64,000 nt of DNA, from the NCBI RefSeq assembly GCF_006345805.1, contig NW_021831989.1, positions 248,001 through 312,000 of the forward strand, read 5' to 3'. The translations under genes were made by a program, and so were the position numbers. This stretch comes from Octopus sinensis. Its lineage: Eukaryota. The notes under the pieces were generated by a model. It had not been told where the DNA came from and made no database searches. It saw only the letters and a list, made by a program, of their open reading frames with translations. Positions 59,239 to 64,000 of the stretch are shown here, piece by piece. Positions within the stretch are counted from its first letter, which is position 1. Every line of letters begins with the position of its first letter.

Positions 59239-62132
59239 TCACTTCCTAGTACGCCTATTTTTTAAAGCGTCAATTTTTTTAGAAATCTCCTTCTTGGTCC
59301 TCTCTCTAGTCCTCAGAGTGGAAGCAGACGGAGGCTGTTTAGTCGCTGGCGGAGGTAGACCATTACAGCCATGAACTTCAGGCAAATGATGTGCAAAACA
59401 GAAAACAAAACGACAGCGATGACAGCAATGGAACATCATCTTTGTACTGCGTCTACAACCTTTAGCATTGCAGGTCTCATTTACACGAAAACAATCATCT
59501 TTTTTACTTTTATCCACTTTTGGGGGAGTTTTTGGATAGTTTTTGATTTCTCCAACATTTCTTGGAAAATCGTGAATATTGGAAATCTCGAGGTTAAGTT
59601 TGGAGAACGAATTTGCTATCATCTCAGACTTTTCCTCCCCATTGTCGACTTTTTTGTTCAAAATATCAGTCTTGAAAGAAGGCAATTCAACCGCTTTAAC
59701 AAAATCACATTCGGCATCATTTTTAGTGAAAATCCTCACTTTTTTGCGATTGGATTTTGTATTTTCAGTCACGTGTTGCAAACCCTCGAACTTTTCTGCA
59801 ATCTTTACATTGTCTGGGTCTAATATTCAACCTTATAGACAATCCTGCGTTGATTTCTCGTCAAAGAAACGTCAAAAACATATTCAGACTTAGAAAGGGC
59901 CAAAGAAGATATCAAAGCTTCCATTTTTTGATAGAAATCCACTTTTTGAGGCGGGTTTTCCTCTTTCGGACAGTCCGTAAGGAAAGTTGCTAAAATAAAA
60001 CCCCAAAAACAACCTTCCGATAAAAAATCGTCAGGAACAAGTCGGCAATCAGCATTTTCTCTAAAATAATGTACCATATTTGTAAGAAATGGCAAAGATT
60101 GCCCAATCAACGTGTCAGAATCCATAACCACCACCAACAAACGTCTTGCCCGTGTTATCGCCACGTTGATTCTTCGATAGTCCCCCAAAAAACCAACCGA
60201 ATCTGAAAATGAATCCTCAACCCAAACTTGCATTCGAACGTACAAAGGAGAGTATAATGACCTCCTGTTCTCTGCCTTGAAATGAATCTACTGTGCTGAT
60301 CTCCACTTCCTTCCAATGACTCATAGCCTTCTTCAACATCTCCACCTGCCCTTTGTAGAAAGATATTATTCCAATCCATTTTTGTGGCACTCCTTCCTTA
60401 GCAACCTTCCAACACACTTTCCGACAATGTCCACCTCTCCTGGATTGCACTTGGAGGTCCCCACTGTTTCCTCAACAGTGCCAGAATATGACGTATCTAC
60501 CACCAATATTGAAGAATTGGTCAGTTCTGATGTCTCCACACCATTCAGATGACTATATTGGAATGATAGTTATAAATCAACCACAACAAATGTGAATTTA
60601 CAGAACTATGGGGACTTAGTCGTCCTTGGTAGAACTCCTTAGATGAATAACCCATGATCTTGTGGTTCATTCTGTACTGAGTTGTGAGTGTTGTCATGTT
60701 TTGTGGGTACAATTCACTCCAATGCTGCATCATCGACACATCCAGACCATTTCTGGCAGCTCTACATGTATTTATAATTACAATAAACTCCTGGGATATC
60801 ACTGTAGGGGGCAGCTGGTGATAATCCCCCGCCATCACACATTTCCCTACAGAAGGAAGCACAACCCACCCAAGTCCGTCCAAAGTCTTTTTTATAAGTC
60901 AAAAAATCAACTTGACTTGCCTCATCAATTATTACGACATCAAAATGATATTGGGATATTTTTCCAGCGATACTTGATATTGTTGAGAAGACAACCTTGG
61001 ATTGTTCGAGAATTGTCCTGATTAGTTTGTTTTCATATGATTTGTACTCTTTAAACAAATTTTCAGACTTTCTTAGGTCAGTCTAACTCAATTAGAGTCC
61101 AAAATACCGTCCTTAGACCCAGAATTTGGTTTCTCATATCAACAAGGACTCCATAGTTCATAGAATGCTCAATTTGGTAAGCCAGTGTATATTTTAGACT
61201 ACTTTCCATGATACGAGCCTCATTTCCGAGACGGACAAATGTCATTTCGGGGATATTCCACTTTTTTAGTTTTTCTAAAAGGTTATCCACAGCCACGTTG
61301 GAAGAGGCAACGACCAAAATCTAATTTTTAGAGGTGAATAAATAACGTGGGATTTTTCTGAGGTCAGTGACTGTCTTATTACTTCAATAAGAGTTGTGGA
61401 CTTGCCAGTACCAGGAGGACCCTCGATTATTGCAAGTTTGGGCTGAGAAATTGCAAATTTTACTGCATTTTGTTGAGATTCGTTTAAATTTTTATCAAAA
61501 AAAATTATTTCTAATAATTAATTAAATCAATAAATATTTACCTTTTAGTTCATGTGGAACTTGTTGTTGGTTTTGATCAAAAAACATATCTTTCAACGAA
61601 GACCGACAGTTTTTTAATTTATTCAAAGATCTATGATCAAAAAACTGACCAAAACTCCTTCATAATCGAAAAAGTGTTGAAATTTTCTCTTTGAATTACC
61701 GCGTATGTAACATCCATAGATAAATCTGTCTCATTTGGCGAGCCGCTGTCCAACAGAACAATAGATTCGCATTTGACATCCCAAACGACACATTTTATTA
61801 AACTTTTATTCAGGTTTTCCATTGAGGAGACGGAAACGTAGTTTCCTAATAATTTTATTATGGCAAACACCCTTTGATAATAAATTTGGCGGCAATTTTT
61901 TTCTGGCGGGAAATGCAGTGAAGAGCAAAAACTTTTTGCCGTTAAACCCAGTAGATGTACGTTCTAAACAAAGATTTAAAATTCCATTTCCAAAGGTTTC
62001 AATTTCATTTGAAAAATCGCAAATTCTTGATATTAATTAATTTTTACTTATTTTTGACTTTAATGCAGATTCTTCTAGCTTTAATAGTCCAAGTTGTTTT
62101 TCGACATAATCACTAACAGCATCATTCAACAT
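59239..62132 (-). CDS. IGHMBP2: SF1B helicase IGHMBP2/SMUBP-2 with R3H and AN1 zinc finger
   Basis: AIIEGPPGTGKST, ASSNVAVDNL, IIDEASQ, AGDYHQLPPTV, LTTQYRMN, STVDSFQGREQE, RINVAITRARR, and C-terminal CHRCRFVFCFAHHLPEVHGC. Confidence 0.95.
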
Positions 62133-63249
62133 TTTATTTTTTATTTTAAATTTTTTAATAAATTAATTAAACTAGTATGAAATGGTTTTTTTGTTTTTCG
62201 ATGCCTGCAATACTAGAAATCTTAATTCGAATTATTTACGACTTGGAATTCTCGATTTGTAAAAATCGTAATCCAGAATTTAATTTAAAAGCAGAACTTA
62301 ATTTTACTGAAAAGGTTGCCAAATCATATTAAAAATCTCAATTATTTTTTTTTTAAATTGAATTTAACTGAAAAATATTTACTACAAAATAATACTATTT
62401 ATGAGATAGCACTTTAAAATGATTGATGATACATAAGATTAGTAGTGCAGCAGTTCTGAGACACAGTATATATCTACAAAGTGTTTTAACGCATAAAGAG
62501 TTTTTTGTCGTCAATACATTGAAATTTATAAATATCAGCTAATTTTTTTTTTAATTGAAATGTTTTTGCAACACGTTATCTAAATTTTTATTAAACGAAA
62601 AAGTATTGCAAGATAGTGTTCAAATAAAATTTCAAAACTGGCATTTATAATCTACCCAGCGTCATCGTCAATATAGAAAAATTTTAATATTCAAAAATTG
62701 GATTGAAATTTTTTACATGAACGGCCAAGAAATTCTTTCCGCACATAAATGCTTCTTTTCTTTCTTTCATAATTTAATATTTCTAATCTATAAAATTTTC
62801 TTTGGGGTAAAGTCTTGTCATTGTTCCCACCCGTGAGGCGACGAGTCCATCTGGCACGGCACAGATGTAGAAAGGGGACCTCCTACCTTCCCTTGATCAC
62901 ATTACCAATGAAAAAATCTCCATTATGTAAAACTCTTCCGAAAACAAGTAATGTGGAATGAGCAAGACTGACAAATGGGAACTGGGCACATCAGATATTC
63001 TCCAGCTCTCTTTGGATCCGGAAGGCTGTATTGAAGATTTGGAGGCTAATGCTGATCGGCACAGACAGTTCCTTCTTTTCTTCTTCTTTATTCGATTAGT
63101 TAGCTGTGACTGTTTGTGCTGGGGTTGCTATGCAAACTTGGGGGTTAATAAATAAATAAAATCAAATTTTCTTAATATATTTTCCTGCACAAAAAATCGC
63201 CCGTGTGTACTTGAAGATGACAACTAGAGTCCCCACTTCTACCATTTTT

Positions 63250-63560
63250 GGTGATCGCCTGGCTTTCAGTTTAAGTAAATCTTCACATTTCCATCATGTG
63301 TTCTAATTTCTCCTTTTTTGACAAAAATCTTCAAATCATCGATAAATAAAAAATGATATGTAGAAAATTGGTTAATATATTTGAATATTTTCAAGATAAA
63401 ATCCTACTTAATGGATTCACGACTGTGAGTCATTTGGAAATATACCACGTTTAATATTAACTGTTCCAACTTTTCTTTTCTCTCCAGTTAGGGATTATTT
63501 GCACCATAAATTTTGTTATCCATTCAGGATGTACTAAATTTTTCAAAACTTCAAAAAAAA
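63250..63560 (-). mobile_element. Degenerate RT fragment (R4-like)
   Basis: VNIKRGIFPNDS and HFLFIDDLKIF parallel RGIFQGDSLSP and HLLYMDDLKLF; stops and frameshifts. Confidence 0.55.
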
Positions 63561-64000
63561 TCCACTAGTTACTAAATCCAAATTTTTTACATCGATTTAC
63601 GTACATTTTAATTTATTTTCATATACTTATTAACAACTCTACGCGTGCATATGTCCAGACAATCGTAATCAAGAAATCACTGGAGAGCATGCGTCCAAAG
63701 TACAAACTCCTGCCTACAATGGCGAAGCATGCAATTAGCGCATCTCCAAATGAGACCATAGAATCGGACTCGAGAACAACCACAAAAGTGGCCTGCCCTG
63801 TAAAACAAAATAACGTTAATAAAGTTATCTCGCTTTTGTCACCCTCTCCTGGATGCGTTTTGTTAATCGCTTCCAAGTCCCTCTGTTCCTCGACAGTTTC
63901 CTCAGGTGCTTAAGATAGTTTGCTGATTTCAACCCTTTTCCAATCAAAGTTAGGTCTTGATGCAGAAGGGTTGCTAATGTGGTCTTCCTTATAAGGTCGT

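Noticed and set aside
1-64000. Stop-codon reassignment as the reason for fragmented ORFs
   Set aside because: In-frame stops in conserved genes fall inside removable GT-AG segments, and TAA, TAG and TGA all terminate genes normally (CREB, GOT, ATAD3).
1-64000. CRISPR array, prokaryotic operon, rRNA, tRNA or snRNA genes
   Set aside because: No repeat-spacer array or recognisable RNA-gene sequence was seen; the 19.7-kb array has no unique spacers and the genes are intron-rich eukaryotic ones.
62800-64000. ZZ/PHD zinc-finger gene at the window end (CGCS..WRCANC..HC; CPVPICQSCSFH)
   Set aside because: The Cys spacing fits no finger consensus, the frames contain stops, and adjacent sequence has RT motifs, so retroelement debris is more likely.

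Overview
AT-rich, gene-dense eukaryotic (animal) genomic DNA read in the standard genetic code. There are about 27 protein-coding loci. Nearly all are cut by ultra-short spliceosomal introns, mostly 22-30 nt GT-AG, with one GC-AG intron and one 19-nt candidate, which is why the ORF track is so fragmented. Recognisable genes: AMT, EPB41L5/yurt-like FERM, a KID-less CREB/CREM bZIP, an arginase relic, a stand-alone cytochrome b5 domain, C10orf67-like, an Otx-like K50 homeobox, two CSRP/LIM duplicates, eIF5A, TTI2, ATAD3, PDZ-RhoGEF, LUC7L3, DNAJC17, EVG1/C22orf23, a nicotinic receptor pseudogene, AAMP, TOP3A, a GOT-type aminotransferase, a Tctex1-domain gene, AKAP14, CFAP221, ORC2, ASF1 and IGHMBP2. 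Between them lie decayed RTE, CRE, R4-like and other LINEs and hAT/Tigger transposons. Animal-specific genes, motile-cilium genes and ~25-nt introns together best fit a dicyemid mesozoan; this is an inference and was not searched. The most striking unexplained signal is that each housekeeping gene behaves as its own compositional-skew domain, C/A-rich at its 5' end and G/T-rich at its 3' end, including introns and synonymous sites, regardless of strand. This suggests gene-sized replication or repair units. Other notable signals are acceptor-like YAG sites just before start codons (possible SL trans-splicing), tandem amplification of gene 3' ends, retro-insertions carrying an inverted copy of their own tail at the 5' junction, and a LIM duplicate that has lost one zinc finger. 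All gene models were spliced by hand, so the boundaries of lower-confidence models are approximate.
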